Source: Eledone cirrhosa (Eukaryota). From it: a DNA stretch of 64,000 nucleotides. Under the pieces are notes generated by a model. That model ran no database searches and was not told the DNA's origin. It saw nothing but the letters and a program-made list of their open reading frames with translations. The first letter of the stretch is position 1, and every line of letters begins with the position of its first letter. Below are positions 63,853 through 64,000 of the stretch, piece after piece. The position numbers and the translations under genes were made by a program. The stretch lies in assembly GCA_964016885.1 (NCBI GenBank), contig OZ024760.1, forward strand, positions 10,354,001-10,418,000, in the 5' to 3' direction.

Positions 63853-64000
63853 GGAGGCACATGGCTTAGTGGTTAGAGCATTGGCCTTGCAATCGAAAGG
63901 TTGTGAGTTCAATTCTCAGACCGGGTGATGTGTTGTGTCCTTGAGCAAGACACTTTATTTCACATTGCCCCAGTTTACTCAGCTGTAGAAATGAGATGAT
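63853..64000 (+). mobile_element. SINE family A (runs off window)
   Basis: ggaggcacatggcttagtggttagagc start after (TA)n. Confidence 0.9.

Overview
Eukaryotic (animal) genomic DNA, not prokaryotic. The repeat families point to an octopod cephalopod, though this is inferred from recognition only: tRNA-derived SINEs with RTE-type (ATG)n tails, TTAA-flanked MITEs, and dense (TA)n/(CAC)n tracts. The window holds the 3' part of one plus-strand gene, RTEL1 (regulator of telomere elongation helicase 1, XPD/FANCJ-family SF2 helicase). I traced 26 GT-AG exons (~2.97 kb CDS, ~990 codons, phases all consistent) from 5105 to 62318. They encode the end of the Arch domain, helicase motifs III-VI, one harmonin-homology domain, a coding T/I/P/S repeat and a C-terminal C3HC4 RING. 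The 5' exons (motifs I/II, Fe-S cluster) lie upstream of the window. More than 90% of the window is intron, filled with micro/minisatellites, SINEs, RTE- and Tx1-like LINE fragments and MITEs. Almost all long ORFs in the supplied track are repeat artefacts. The most notable pattern is that many intronic minisatellites are local amplifications of transposon fragments, or of the gene's own splice sites and exon ends, with the unamplified source still visible in the window. A ~575-bp near-perfect foldback palindrome is also present. I found no evidence for a new multi-gene system.
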